This document shows positions 1 to 14,749 of a stretch of DNA of 64,000 nt, piece by piece (within the stretch, counting starts at the first letter, position 1; each line of letters begins with the position of its first letter). The DNA is from the human T2T-CHM13v2.0 reference genome, Homo sapiens. Below the pieces are notes generated by a model that saw only the letters and a list, made by a program, of their open reading frames with translations, made no database searches and was not told the origin of the DNA. The stretch lies in NCBI RefSeq assembly GCF_009914755.1, contig NC_060936.1. The stretch is one strand, 5' to 3'. The position numbers and the translations under genes were made by a program.

Positions 1-670
<670 letters not shown>

Positions 671-679
671 AAAGAGAGA

Positions 680-2470
680 GAGAATATCGATAGTGTACTA
701 CCTTTCATGGAAGAATAAAAGGGGAGATAAAATATGCATGTATCTGCTCACTTATGGAAAATAACTGTTTACAAAAATAGGTGCAGTGAGATTTGGTTAT
801 TCAGAGTTTGAGAATGAGATGGAAAGAAGAAGTGGAATGGGGTAGTGGTTGTGGGGTGACATGGACTAGATAAACTTCTTGTATATCTCTGACTCTTAGA
901 ACCAGGGAATGAACCACAAAGTGCCCCCTACCCTGTCCAAATAATTAAAATCTACAGGATATGGGAGGAGCCCAATTAGAATGCAAAGGGTAACAAGTGG
1001 ATCTAACTGTACTACAAATGAATATCATAACCATACTTAAAGAGTTGGGGAAGAACCAACTAAGTTTGGAAAACAGTATTTTGACCGTACAATATAAAGC
1101 TAAAGACATAAAGAACTGTACAAAAATATATACTCTAGTTGGTAAATTTGTTTCCACAGACAGAGGCATGGGTTAGCAACTCTGAGACTACTTTATGTAT
1201 GTATTAGGATTGAGCAAATAAGTAAAGTGTTCTTTAGAGAAATAATCAATTCCAGGAAATATATAAGATGAGCCTGAACGTTTTGTGGTGCCAGAAACTA
1301 AGGAAGTACTAAAAAATGATGGAGTATGTGAAAATGACACAGGAGCCATATCGAAGGAGGTCCCAGTGAAATTTGGGACAAGGTATGCTAAAGAATGGAT
1401 AATCATAGTAATGGATTATAACCCATAAAACACAATAAATGTTCCTGAGTCCATACTGATATAAACAAGTAAATGAATAAGTAAATAAATTAATGAAGCG
1501 AAGGGCCAGCTCTTCTTTAATAAATATAGAAGGAATAGAACATCCTGGCTAACACGGTGAAACCCCGTCTCTACTAAAAAAAATACAAAAAATTAGCTGG
1601 GCGTGGTGGCGGGCGCCTGTAGTCCCAGCTACTCGGGAGGCTGAGGCAGGAGAAAGGCGTGAACCAGGAGGCGGAGCTTGCAGTGAGCTGAGATCACCCA
1701 CTGCACTCCAGCCTGGGCAACAGAGCGAGACTCTGTCTCAAAAAAAAAAATAAAATAAAATAAAAATAAAAATAAATAAATAAATATAGAAGGCAGGATG
1801 GAAATGGAAAGTCACCATTAGCAAAGACAGGAATCAATATACACTAATAGTACTGAGAGAAGTTGTGTTAAGAAACAGGGCATTTGCATGATCTCAAAGT
1901 ATCTCCCCATAAGATACTTTTAGTTACAAAGGGAAAAGCAGTAGCCTTATAGAGATGAAACCTGTCAACTACCACAGAATCAAGTGACCAAAGTTAACTT
2001 CACCAGTAATGCCATATTGACGTCAGGGATTCTTAACATGATGCACCGAGAAGGGCACAACATCACTTCTGTGATAGTCTTGCCCAAAATGCATAACCTC
2101 AATCTCATCATAAGGAAACATCAGACAAGTGTACATTGAGAGACTTTCTACAAAATAATTGATTAGTACTCTTCAAAAGTGTCAAGGTAGTGAAAGACAG
2201 ATTGAGAAACTGTCACAGATTGGAGAAGACTAAGGAGACATGACAGTTGGACCTTAGACCAGTTAGGACATTAGGGGACAACTGTAACATTTGGATAAGG
2301 TCTGCAGATTAGTTAATAGAATTATCTCAATACTAACTTCCTGGTTTTGATCATTGTATGGTGGTTAGGGAGGATGTTAATATTAGAGGAAGCTGGACAA
2401 CAGGTATATGGGATCTCTGTATTGCTCTGCAACTTCTAAAATTTTTCAAAATAAAAAATTAAAAACATAA
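680..2470 (+). mobile_element. L1MC-like 3' region
   Basis: Characteristic L1MC 3' motifs (acatcacttctgtg, aaatgcataacctcaatct, ctcttcaaaagtgtcaagg) ending in aaataaaaaattaaaa. Confidence 0.6.
1541..1778 (+). mobile_element. 5'-truncated AluY
   Basis: Starts at catcctggctaacacggtgaaac (Y-type), A-rich tail, TSD aataaatatagaagg at 1519-1533 and 1779-1793. Confidence 0.9.
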
Positions 2471-2699
2471 AAAAGCCTTTTTCACTTAAACTTTTTTTGT
2501 TTATTTTACTTATTTTGATTTTTAACTGGGCCCAGATTTTAAAAATATGTTTAGAGTGACATCATTTACTTTTCCTTTCAGAACACTTTAATGGGATTAA
2601 GGAAGGAAATGGAGAACATTGAGTTGCCCCTGGCCCTTTCCCTTCCTAGAGACAAGATTCAATCCCAACAGGGAAATGGTGGGGCAGTAGGTGGTGGAG

Positions 2700-3087
2700 G
2701 ATTCAGGGTGGATCCAGCGGGATGGAATTTTCTGGGAAAGTGTTGTCACTCCTATGCCTGAACGACAGAGGGGAGGGAGAAGTTACTGGAACTCAGAGAG
2801 ATTAGCTGAATGAAAAGAATACTGGACAGTATTCATGGCTTTCAGGGGCAGGATGCAAGCAACCCTCAGCAACCAAGCAGCTGGAGCAGGTAAATAAATC
2901 GTCTAATTTTACTTCCTTTCTGCCTTCTGAGCTCTTGCCAGGGCCTCCCATTGACTGAACCCAATCAGAAGCCACAGGGGGAGGGAGCCCATTGATACAG
3001 TTTAAACATATCTACTTCTAGTGCCCAGAGCAGGGTGGAGAAGACTGGAGAGTACATCTGGAGAAATAAAGGTAAGGTATCCAGCGT
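2700..3087. mobile_element. Old MaLR LTR (MLT1-like)
   Basis: ctcccattgactgaacccaatcagaagcc...cagagcagggtggagaag resembles old MLT1 consensus. Confidence 0.5.
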
Positions 3088-6000
3088 GAAGATGATCTAC
3101 TCCACCCCTCTCATTTTGTAGATGAAAAAATCCTCAAAGAAGTGAAAAGATTTATTCAAGGACACAATAAAAGGCAGTTTGGTAGAGTTGAAACCCATTA
3201 ATCTGCAAGTTGGAAGACAGGTTCTAGTCTTGGATGGGCCACTGCCCTGGGCTTTAGTTTCTGTATCTATGAATGAATGGAGGCAGACTAAAGCAACGGT
3301 CTTCAAACTGGGGTATCCATACACCTGGGTTTACTTAGGAATTTGTAGGAGGTATAGGGTATGGATAATTTTAAGTGAATTATTTTCCAGACCCACAGCT
3401 TCCTTACTTATATTGTCTTCTAAAATTAATCTGCTTTTCCCTTTCATAATCATCCTTCTCCCACTTGACACAAGAAAAGCATGCCTTTCATTTATCATAC
3501 ATATGACTATAGTGCATTACCCCAAGGTGTGAAAATTTTGAGACACCAAACAAAGGGGCATTTTGAAAATGCATAGCTTTTGAGACAGATTCCTCTTACA
3601 GTACACCAGACAGCTTCAATTAAGAAATACTGAAAGGGGCAGCATTTACTCATGGCAAGTATGCATCGGTACATAGTCTTTCTGAGAAGGGTTTGTATCT
3701 CGCAAATGAATGTTTCACATTTCAAACATAAGGTTGGAAGTGGGTCTTTGTTCATTTAGGAGGAAAGAAGATTCTAATCTGATTCAGATGATGAGCAGCT
3801 TCTAGGAACTGGTTGTGCCACATGCCAGGCTGACTGGCACAACCAGGAGTGATGATATGTAATTATCTCTACCTCTCATACACATGATTTTATTCTTGTA
3901 TAGTGCTCTGTCTTCACAGAAAAACCAGTTCACAATGCACTAGATGGAGCCAGGAGTTTCCAAGACCAGTTGTCACTTCCCTTTGAATATGTTTAAACTA
4001 GGACACAGCAATTGCCACACTGGGTCAGGCTTATGTATCACTCGTCCCACTCTGTTGTCTATTCGGAGAGCAGCAGTGGTCTCCTTGGTGCTCACCTTAA
4101 GGTTAATAATTTTCAAGTTTCTTTTACTTGCCAATTATGACTCTGCCTTCCTTACATTTCTCTATAATTGTCCCTCCAATTCTTGAAAATACTATTATTT
4201 TGTTAAAATGACAACATGCTCACTAAAAATGCAAACAAATTAGGGAGTATAAAAAGGAAGGACAAAAACATCCCAAATTCGACCAATCAACAATAACTGT
4301 TAACATTTGGTGACTGTCTTTCTATGCCTAGACACATTCTCTGCCTAGATACACATGTATATTAATTCCATAAATAAGACCATACCACACATGCTGTGCA
4401 ATAACCTGCCCTTTCCCTCAACAATGTGTAATCCGTATGCAGCATATCACATATGTTTTATTTATGTGCTCAACACTCCTTTATTGAAATCCATTTGGAT
4501 TACTTCCAATTTTCCACTCTCTCTATGCCATGATGAACATCCTTGTGCATATTTCTTGTCATACTCTGAAAATATCTGTTTGAAGTTATGAATTATATTA
4601 TTTTTGGATCATAGGCTCCTTCAATAATCTAATGACAGCTGTAGATCACCTCCCTTCCAAAACACATGTCTTTGTATAACTCATTTTGTCTTTGATGTTT
4701 GTTTTTGTGGTTCATAAATATGCCCCCTAAAATTCATCCTTGGACTTGCTAAAGATCCATGAGCCCTAAATTAAGAACTGCTACTTTAGGGTTAACTCCA
4801 AGACATGTAAATTTTAAATAACCTTTAAAGTAGTTTATGTTAATTTATCACTTGTGTGAACACTCATGTGTCCCTCTGCCTCTTTTAGTTGGTGGGTTCA
4901 CCCTCCAGTCTGTGCCCAACTCTGGAGGTTTGGTGATATAATAAGTAATCAGATTATATAAATTTCCATTGACTACCACAGGGGCTGAAGGGATTTTGAA
5001 CACAAAGCAATGCATTCAACCTTACTTCATAGCCCTTAAGAAAGTTTCATAAGTCAAAAAGTTTTATGAGGCCAAAAGTTTCATAAGGTGAAAAAAATGA
5101 AAAAATGTATTTGAGTCTTTGCTTCCTTCATTCAACAAAAAGATACTGAGTAACAGCTTTGTGCCAGTCCTGATTCTAGGAGCTGGGGATACGCAGATGA
5201 AGACTAGGTTCTGCTTTCAGGGAATTCCAGGTCTAGGTGGGCAAACAGACATATACACAAACCATTGTCAGGCAGGCAGAGATTATAGTTGGCTATAATG
5301 AGCAGCATTAAGATAAAAGTATGAAACCGCATTGTGTACTCAGGTCATCCTCCGTGAGGTTTATTAGCAAACATGCTTCCTTCACACGGCTCATTCTTCA
5401 TCCCCACCCATCTGAATCTTCTTTCCTTCTCTCCATCCAATATTTATTTCACTTCTCAGGGAGACTTAATCTAATTTGAAACTCAGTAATTTCTAGGGTG
5501 GCTGAAGTGAATCAAGGAAGCTAAAGAATGTAAAAAGTACTCAGGACACATGTGGCAAGGCTACTGGATGACAACATTCACTTTGCAGATTTGCAAATAC
5601 AGATGGCCTAGTAATTGAGTTACTCCAGCAGATGAAAAATAGAAGAAACTTCAAGTCAAACTTACACGTGTAGATAAGTAGATTGCTTGCTATCCAGTGG
5701 AGTGTATAATTATTATAACCACAAAGCAATAGGCTATCTAAGAAGCTTATTTTTGTGGTTATTATTATTATTATTTGCCAAAGGTACTTTATACCTTTCG
5801 GCTCAGACTTACTCAATAGTTGAGTGCCCTTAGAAATAAGCCATTTTATTTGTTTCCATCACAGCCCAGGGATCTCTTCAGTAGCTTGATTTTCTTTTTT
5901 AATTTCTTTATTGAGTTTTTCGGTTCTAGCATTTCTATTTTTTTAAATAATTATTTATTGATGCATAATAGATGCGCATAGTTTCAGGGTATAGGTAATA

Positions 6001-7059
6001 ATTTAATACATTCATATAATTTGAGTCAAAGATCAAATTAGTGTAGTTGAGATATTCATCACCTTAAATATTTGTCTTTTCTTTATGCTAGAAAGAATTT
6101 CCTTTTGAAATAGGTGAATCTAGCCTATTTGCTGTGAGTTTGATGCCATTTGGTCCTCTGCCTATATCCATTCCTCTCATTTTTTCACATGTTTTTATTT
6201 TTCTTCTTCCCTTGCTGACCACCATCTTCTCTTTTTCTAAGCTTCTCACATTCAAATTGTCATTCACTGGTAAATTCTAGGTCTTCACATTTGCAACTTT
6301 CTTCAGTCACTGCTTACTTGTCTCTATGAACCAGGCCCTGGGGTTCCGAGGACACAGCAGGAAACCATCCCTCAGTTAAGGTCTTTTCCTGTATCTGGGA
6401 ATGAGAGGAAGGAGGTGAGGGTAACTATTTCTCCCAAATTCTTATTTCTTAAGGACGGTACTCACGCAACTATTTTAGTTATGTTGATTTCCCTTAGAAT
6501 TTTGATTCATGGTTATTTTCAATAAATATTGATTTTTTTTAAAGAAAATGTTTGGGGTGTGTGCACTTTACATTCAAAATGAAAGTATCTGTTGATGCAT
6601 AAAATGTGTTTTTAATACATGTATTAATTATTTACAAATATGAGTCATAGGCACCTGAAATCAAGCATTCAAGTCTATCAAGAACAGAATCCATGGTATT
6701 TAAATAGTACAAAGGAGGATGGCGGTAACATCTGTCAGCATCCCCGCTACACTTCTGGGTTAGACAGTTTTTTTCTAAGGATTCTTCATGATACAAATAA
6801 AAACATTTAAAAATCTCTACAATATTTCTTGCACATTCAGTGCCGACAAAAATGTTTTATGTTAACATCTCATATTACTTAATTTGTTTTTGATGTAAAA
6901 TGTAACTTATTTCCCTTAACTTTTTATATTTCATTGATGTATTGTGTTTTTCAAATCTAGTTCACACTTACAGCCAGAGATTCTCTTTTAGGTTTGAATA
7001 GTGTTTTATGCTATGTTTTCATAATTAGTATAACTTCTGTTTTCTCATTAGTCAAAGGG

Positions 7060-7410
7060 GGATCACAGTAAGGTTGTCACAGGATCATAGGGTTGTCATG
7101 AGGTTAAATGAATCAATACATATAATGGTATAATGACAGCAACAACAACTAACATTACTTGCATACTTCCACAGGCTAGGCACTATGTCATGTGTTTTAC
7201 GTGTATTAACTCATGTACTTTTCCCTACAACTCTATATGGTAAGTACTATTATTATTATACTTTTTCTCTGTACTGTTGAGGAAACTGAGGGCACAGAGC
7301 ATTTGAGTAACGTTCCTAGGTTACAACAGGTAGCAAATGGCAAAGCTGGGATTAAAATTCAGGCAGATGGATTTCAGAGCCTGAACTCATCCACTGTGCT
7401 CTACTGCCTC
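7060..7410. mobile_element. MIR fragments
   Basis: MIR core motifs (gaggttaaatga; tgaggaaactgagggcacagag, gctgggattaaaattcaggcag). Confidence 0.7.
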
Positions 7411-8019
7411 TCGGGTAAGATAATACTTAAAAGAGCCAGGCTGTGGATAAGTAGGAATTTTTATACAAATTGAAAAGTAAAACCTGGAGAATATGAAATG
7501 AATTCTTTTTATCTTGCTAATGCTCAGTACAGTCTGGCTAAGGCACCTCTAGTACTTAATGGCTGCTATTTTAATAAATTTTTCAGGTCTCTTTCTTCCC
7601 TCTTTTCCTGAATGTTCTTAAACATCTGACTTCAGGTGGAATACCAGTGGAATGAACGTGAGGATTTTAATCAGAAAGGGTTCTATTCTTTACCAGCTGT
7701 GTGGCCTTGTGCAAGTCACATGCCTATCTGAACCCTTATTTTCTTATCTGTTCAGATGGCAATAATACCTAACTTCAGCTTCTACAAGAGGAGGCATGAA
7801 ATAGCTAAATATTAAAACACAGAGGAAGGCAATCAGGAAACTTAGACTATGAATACAGAATATGACCCTCACTGACTGGGACCAAGAACATTGCCTTAGA
7901 TGCCTCCAAGGCTCAGGGTTCCACCAATTCTCAATGAGGATGGAAATTAATGTCATATCGAAAACTGTATATTTTCCTCAATCCTTAATCCATGTAATAA
8001 TTCCTATCAGATCTTGTAC

Positions 8020-8310
8020 TTTTTTTTTTTTTTTTTGAGATGGAGTCTCGCTCTGTCACCCAGGCTAGAGTGCAGTGGCATGATCTTGGCTCACTGCAAC
8101 CTCTGCTTCCTGGGTTCAAGTGATTCTTCTGCCTCACCCTCCCGAGGAGCTGGGATTATAGGCACACACCACCATGCCTGGCTAATTTTTGTATTTTCAG
8201 TAGAGACAGGGTTTCATCATGTTGGCCAGGCTGGTCCTGACCTCAGGTGATCCACCCGCCTCGGCCTCCCAAAGTGCTGGGATTACAGGTGTGAGCCACT
8301 GCGCCCGGCC
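8020..8310 (-). mobile_element. AluS
   Basis: Full antisense Alu; TSD agatcttgta at 8009-8018 and 8311-8320. Confidence 0.95.
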
Positions 8311-8439
8311 AGATCTTGTAATTTTTATCAAGTCAAAACATGAAGAACTCTTTAAGGTAATTTTATAGATATTTAGAATTTGTACTTTTAGTAACAACTC
8401 TGGTGTACAAATAATATGAACAAAAATATAGAAAATGCA

Positions 8440-9090
8440 ATTAGGTTAGTCAGTATATGGGAAAATGCTAGGTCTCTGTAGAAATCAAAGAAATGCAGAA
8501 CGAAAACCATATGTTTCATATATGAAAATATTCAGTGCTGGTGAGATTCATATTTATTTTTGATGGGTGTGTAAACTGAAGAAAAACCTGTTGGAAGGCA
8601 ATTTTAAATATGTAACAAGAACCTAAAATATGTTCATTTACTTTAAGATAATTTCAGTTTCTGAAATCTAGCTTCAAGAAATAACATGAACTACCAAATG
8701 AGCTTTTAGTATGAAGTCTTCATTGTGGCATTATTTATAATAAGAAATCGGAAGCAACTCAAATGCCCTACGAACTGGGAATAGTTAAGTAAACAAGGTG
8801 TTTCTCACATAATAGATTACTGTGATTAGGCTTATAAACAATTCATAATGGGATGGCAAAATATGTGTAATATAATTTAAGAGAAAAGCAGGATAGTTAA
8901 TATAGTACGATCACAATTAAGTCAAAAATAGTTGTACAAATACAAACATTTGAAAAAATACATCAGAATGTTACTAATGGTTATTGGTGAGGTGATGATT
9001 AAGGGTGATTTATTTTGTTTTCTATTTTTCTATATTTTTCTAATTTTTTGTAATGAGCATGTATTATTTTACAATATTAAAAAACAAAGC
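8440..9090 (+). mobile_element. Degraded L1ME-like 3' end
   Basis: Diverged L1 3' motifs (gaaatcaaagaaatgca, gcattatttataataag, caaatgcccta). Confidence 0.5.
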
Positions 9091-12000
9091 AAATGATATG
9101 AATAAAGATTTTGTTGGTAGGGTGGGCAGTAGTATCTGTTCTAGCATGATATCTTAACAAGGCACACCATTCCACAGGCTTTCTGTGAGAATTAAATGTT
9201 CGACTATGTGTAGCAGCAGCCAATATATATTGCATGTATTAAGAAACTGTTATAGAAAATTTAAACTTTACAGCCTTACATAAAAGATAGTAAAGTGTTT
9301 TGTGAAACTTTTTTTCTTACGTTTCCAGAGAATTTATAGTTAAGAATTTCCTTAATTAGCTAGCTTTCCTATATATTTGAAATTTCATTTATGTAACATG
9401 CAACTTTTCAGGACTTCTTTTGTAATTAATTATCATTATTATTATTATTATTTTTAAAGTTTTCACCCCTTGTTCAGTGGTGAAATGTAGAGTCCTGGTT
9501 TACACCTGTTGTCCTGGTGTAATTATTTAATAGCGCCTCCTTTTTCTCTCCTTTTTCTCCCGGACAATAGTTACATGGTCACCCTAGCAATATCAGATAT
9601 GGGGGGAAAGGGAGAACAAATCATATCTTCTGGATGCTGACTCTGGAGTGGGGGTGAAGGGGGGCGGGGTGGGGACAGCTGGCTCCTGACAACCAGCATG
9701 CAGAAAGAACTGCAGCTGCACCAGAAGCACCCTAGTTGCCTATAAACACTGGCCCACGGCTGTATTACTTAGTCTAATCAGTCATATATCTATTACTTGA
9801 AAGTGATTCTGACAGCATTGGCTCTATCTGAAGGTGGAAAAGAAAATCTATCTAATTTATTTAAGATACCACAGACACACCTGCCCCAGGTGTTCTTTTC
9901 CACCAGCCCACTCTGGAGCTCTGCATTTTTACCCATAGCGTTATTATAATTAAATGTGATCAAAATAATTAAAATTCTATCTGGAGAGAAATAGCCCCAA
10001 AAGTACAGAGGCAATAACACTACTAAGAAGTTAGAAGGATCCTCATTTTGACTCTGCTCTTCCTAGCTGGATGACCCTGGGCAAAGTATGTAACTTCTCA
10101 GTCTTTTCAGCAGCAAAAGGAGGAAAATAAAACCTGTTCTGACTATATCATGGGAGTTGGAGTATGAATAAAATGGTTACTGTAAGTGAAAATGCTCTGT
10201 AAATACAAAAGCACTCTGCAAATATCAGAGACTATTAGTATTATGAAGTTACTAAAATAAAAAAGCACATTAGCTGAGCTAACAGCCTTGAAACACAATG
10301 AGCAACTCCTGGGGGAAAAGACACACAGCTGACCAGACACACAGCCCAGAGTAAGTCTTTGGGAGGGGTGGAAGTGGGAAAGCTGCTAAACATGGTGCAA
10401 AAGGCTTCTAGCCCCAGGGCAGGAAATGACAGAAATCTTGCTTTGACAAGTTTTTTTCAGAGCTGGCTTTGCTAGGAAACTAAGGGCTAAAATGAATTTT
10501 TGATACCCTTGGTTACTGTTCTCCCAATCCACTCCCCTCCAATTCTAGAAAATAAACTCCATGTGGGTGAGGAGTTTTGTCCCCTTTCTTTACTGCTAAA
10601 TTCCCAGCACTTAGAACATTTCCTGGCACAAAGTATCAGGATAATTCATATTGCATAAGTAAATATAATTTGCCTGTGTCACCTGTGTTCTCCATTCATG
10701 CCTGTAATTTAAAGTTGGACAAGTGTTGTTATTGCAGTTCTGGAGCTACTTAAAAGGAGACTTAGACCAAGTTTTGGATACAAGGCCTTGATCTAGGTCA
10801 CAGAATGATAGCTCTCACTTGTAACTGCTATTTCCACCACTAACTTTAATTCTTTGGTCATATTCTGTTGAGAAAACTTAAGAGCACCATTTCACAAGGG
10901 ACCTGGCAAAGACATAGCAGATGCTTGGCAGACATGTCCACTCAGCATGCAGGACACCTCTGGAAAAGCTGCAAGAAGAAACCACGCTTCAGAGTAGCCC
11001 ACTGCAGGAAGAAAGGGGAGGGATTTTTTTCTCCTTGGTACCCTCTCATATCCCATGGGCCAAATTTCACCCCCTAAAAAGATAATTTCCTATATTTCCA
11101 GCCCTTGGCAGACACTCAGGAAGCCAATCCTGCCCCCTGCCCCACTTGCTCCATAGTGTGGCATTTCATCTAAACCTAGAAAAAGAGTGACAACTCAATG
11201 CTGATAGGGCTCAGCATGTCAGGACTAATGGCCATGCAGGCTCAGGGTTCCAATCGAACTCTGGCCAGCCCTGGGAGCTCAGTAAAGGCAGTGGTTGTGG
11301 TAGGGGTGCAATAGGGGTGTGGAGATTACTTTCAGAAAAAAAAGAGGCAGTAGAGAAAATCTGAGGAGGTGCACAAAGATTGCATCCAATACACTTGTTT
11401 TGCAAAACTGAATCGTATTTTCCTGTCCTATTTGCTTATTTGTTAAAAGCTCCATTTTTTTAATGTTAGTATTTTGAGATCAAACTTATCCTTTTTAACA
11501 AATGCCTAAGACTCAAGAGAATGGATATGCTATAATTTATTTTGCCATTTCCCTATTGATGGACATTCAGGTTGTCTCCCAAGTTTTACATTATTGTACG
11601 AGTCTTTGGGGAGGACAGCTTTAACGTACAAGAATAATTTGAAAAGAAAGATCTTATTTTTAAAATCAGTCACCATGCCTGTCTGGAGCTTTACTGATCT
11701 GATAGTTGTGACTGCATTAACGATGGCCCATTGCACTTTGCCCTGGCTCTGGCAGTTGAGCTTATGCCCCTGACTGGGATCTGCTAGCTTTTCAAATGGA
11801 GGTCTGTGACATTGATAAGGTATGCTTCTCTCCCAGGAGGCTCTGAACCCTGAGAGGAGATTGTTTTTTATTTTTGCATATTACCAAAGCTTTTCCATTT
11901 GAGTTACTTTGTTAGTGAATAAGTGTCTTGAATGGATAGAGAAATAGAATTCTATGGATCAGACTTTGCCCAGCCTGGTTTTGTGAGCCCTATCGTGGAG

Positions 12001-13624
12001 GCAGATGAAATTAGTCAGGCAATGGCTAAAAGGTGAGACCTTGGGAAGACAGGTCACACTGCATTCCCTGACAAGGGGTTTCAAGTGTTCATTGATAAGA
12101 AAACCACCACCACATGGGAAATTTTACATGTCTTCCACATCAAAAGCACCTCAGTTTTCAGGCTTGTTTTGGAGGAAAAACTTTTGTCTTTTGTTTTTAA
12201 TCTTGTTAACGCTTTGACATCTTGACAGTTTTGAACTTAATGATCCCTTATGGGAAGGAACAGGAATTCCATCTGCTTTTTCTATTTTCTAGGCAGCAAT
12301 TCCTTCTCTGTCTCCAACTCACTGCTAAGCCTCTGAAGATCACTCTGGTACCCTTCCCACAGTTACCCTAAAATATTTAACTATAGCATTTCTGAAATCT
12401 GCAAATTTTCCTGACTTTAATGAACCCTGTTAGTTTATTTTAAAAGTCAACTAACCCCTTGAGATAGTAATTGTATTACAGAATACAAAATATTCTTTCT
12501 TCTAGTACCCTTTTGATTTATTTATCAAAGAAGCTTAATAACATAGACTTTGCTATAAAACAGAAGGCAAATTCTGCATGAAACTGTTTAAAAATTGATC
12601 AGACCAAATAGACAGGACAAAATTCTATGTAATCCAGCCCTGAAAGGTGCTTGACTAGTAATGTTGAGTGAACCAAAGAGTGCTTCCAGACTCTTAAAAA
12701 AAAATCTAATCTGACCACTAAATTTAGAACCAGAACAATATGTTTCTATTTTACATGATATTATTTAATGTTTTTGATGTAAACATGTTACACTGTTGAT
12801 TATTTATCACATAGTCAATAATTCCAGGTAAACAAACAGCAATATCTATCTTTTAGTTATGATATCCTAATAATGGAATATATTTTGTGATTTTTAGTGG
12901 TAAAATAATTTTGTAAATTATAAACAGTACCTCCTAGATTCAGTGACTGTCTACAATTGAGAAAGACCTAGAACTTGCCTATTCTTGGAATCTACACTTG
13001 GGTTCATTTCTCTTTAAAATGATGCACGTTTCTTTATTAATCAAAGTTGTATAAAACCACCTATCACACTTCTGGTCGGCATTGAGTTCATATTACATCA
13101 ACTCAAAGCTAGAAAACATAACATTTCAGTTTGCTTGTGCAGTTTTATTAAGGATGGATGTACAATTGCTACGTGATATCTTTTTGAAATGTTGAAAATA
13201 GTTCAATGAGCTCCATAACTACTTTAAGAGTCCTCAAGGACCCAGAGATCTCCAGGTTGGGAGCTACTTCCTTAGCTAAGGGTTGACATGGATTCTCAGA
13301 TGGCACTAGTGTTGTGATACTTGTACCTTGCCTAATAGTAGTGGCTGTTGATACCTCATCTTCTCAAAGTGACCTAAAAAAGGTAATTTAATAACTATTA
13401 TTCAGTTTCTGAGTCAATGGCAAAAAACAAGAGAGAGTGATAAGAGGGAGGTTGAGTATTTATTTCCAAGGTTCCTCCCTTGCTGTGTCACCACCACAGG
13501 CTGGCTGCACCTTCTGGCTGAAGGTGACAGCTCCTATCAGGCAACCCTCTCCATATACTTCTTTGTTTCCTGGCTCAAGTAACTGCTCCCTTCCTTAAAT
13601 ACATTTTTTAATTTATATATATAT

Positions 13625-14060
13625 GACAGAACTAATGGACTATATATATAAATATATATATATATATTTATAGATAAAGGGGAGTTTATTGAGTATTAAC
13701 TCACACAATCACAAGGTCCCACAATAGGCCATCTGCAGGCTGAGGAGCAAGGAGAGCCAGTCCAAGTTCCAAAACTGAAGAACCTGGACTCTGATGTTTG
13801 AGGACAGGAAGCATCCAGCATGGGAGAAAGATGTAGGCTGGGAGGCTAGGCCAGTCTCTCTTTTCACATTTTTCTGTCTGCGTATATTCTGGTCTTGCTG
13901 GCAGCTGATTAGATGGTGCCCACCCAGATTAAGGGTGAGTCTGCCTTGCCGAGTCCACTGACTCAAATGTTAATCTCCTTTGGCAAAACCCTCACAGACA
14001 CACCCAGGGTCAATACTTTGTATCCTTCAATCCAATCAAGTTAACAGTATTAACCATCAC
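13625..14060 (-). mobile_element. MLT2A (HERV-L) solo LTR, 3' end clipped
   Basis: Reverse complement begins gtgatggttaatactgttaacttgattggattg, the MLT2A 5' end; internal gcagctgattagatggtgcccacccagattaagggtg matches MLT2A. Confidence 0.88.
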
Positions 14061-14700
14061 GGGGCATCAAAGGGAGTAAATTGGAAAGACAGAAAGCGAG
14101 ATGTCTGGGAATAGAATGATGAAACTAAGATAACTAAGTTATTGATAATGACACAATCTAGAGCATGACCATAGGGTGAGTGACTGAGGTATGGTGGAGA
14201 ACAAGGTTATTTGAGCAAAGAAGTTAAAAAAAAACTGACAAACTATGGTGTTGGAAGGATCACCTACCTTAGTTGTTGAAATCTCTAAGAATTAAGACTA
14301 AAGAGAGATATTATCAGACTGGAGCTAATAGCATTGAGAAATGAAAAAGACTGACCCAGGTGTCAATAGATGACAGCAAAAATGAACATTTTTGGGTGAG
14401 TTAATCTGATAACATGCGATTTAACTTGGGAGAATTTTAGGGAGGCAAGTGAGAAAAGTCTGAAAGTGGCAACGAGGAGCAAAGAGGTGGCCTTCCCCAA
14501 ATGTAGGCCCAGATATATAAGGACAGTGGAAGAAAAAAAGCAGCCACTATGTAAGATGGCTTCAGGGGAAGCATATCCTCAGGAGAGAGCTGGTTTTCTA
14601 GAGCAAGAGGGTGAATGAAATGTTCAGAGAAGAGGCTAAGGATATAGGGGATTTGGCTGGTGATGGATGAATTCCAGGAGGGCACAAAGGAAAGACATCA
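14061..14700 (-). mobile_element. L2 fragment
   Basis: Purine-rich diverged sequence with L2-like motifs (gttattgataatgac, catgaccatagggtgagtg). Confidence 0.5.
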
Positions 14701-14749
14701 TTCGTTAATGATACAATGTTCACAAGCAGTCCTTTTACTGGCCTTGTGC

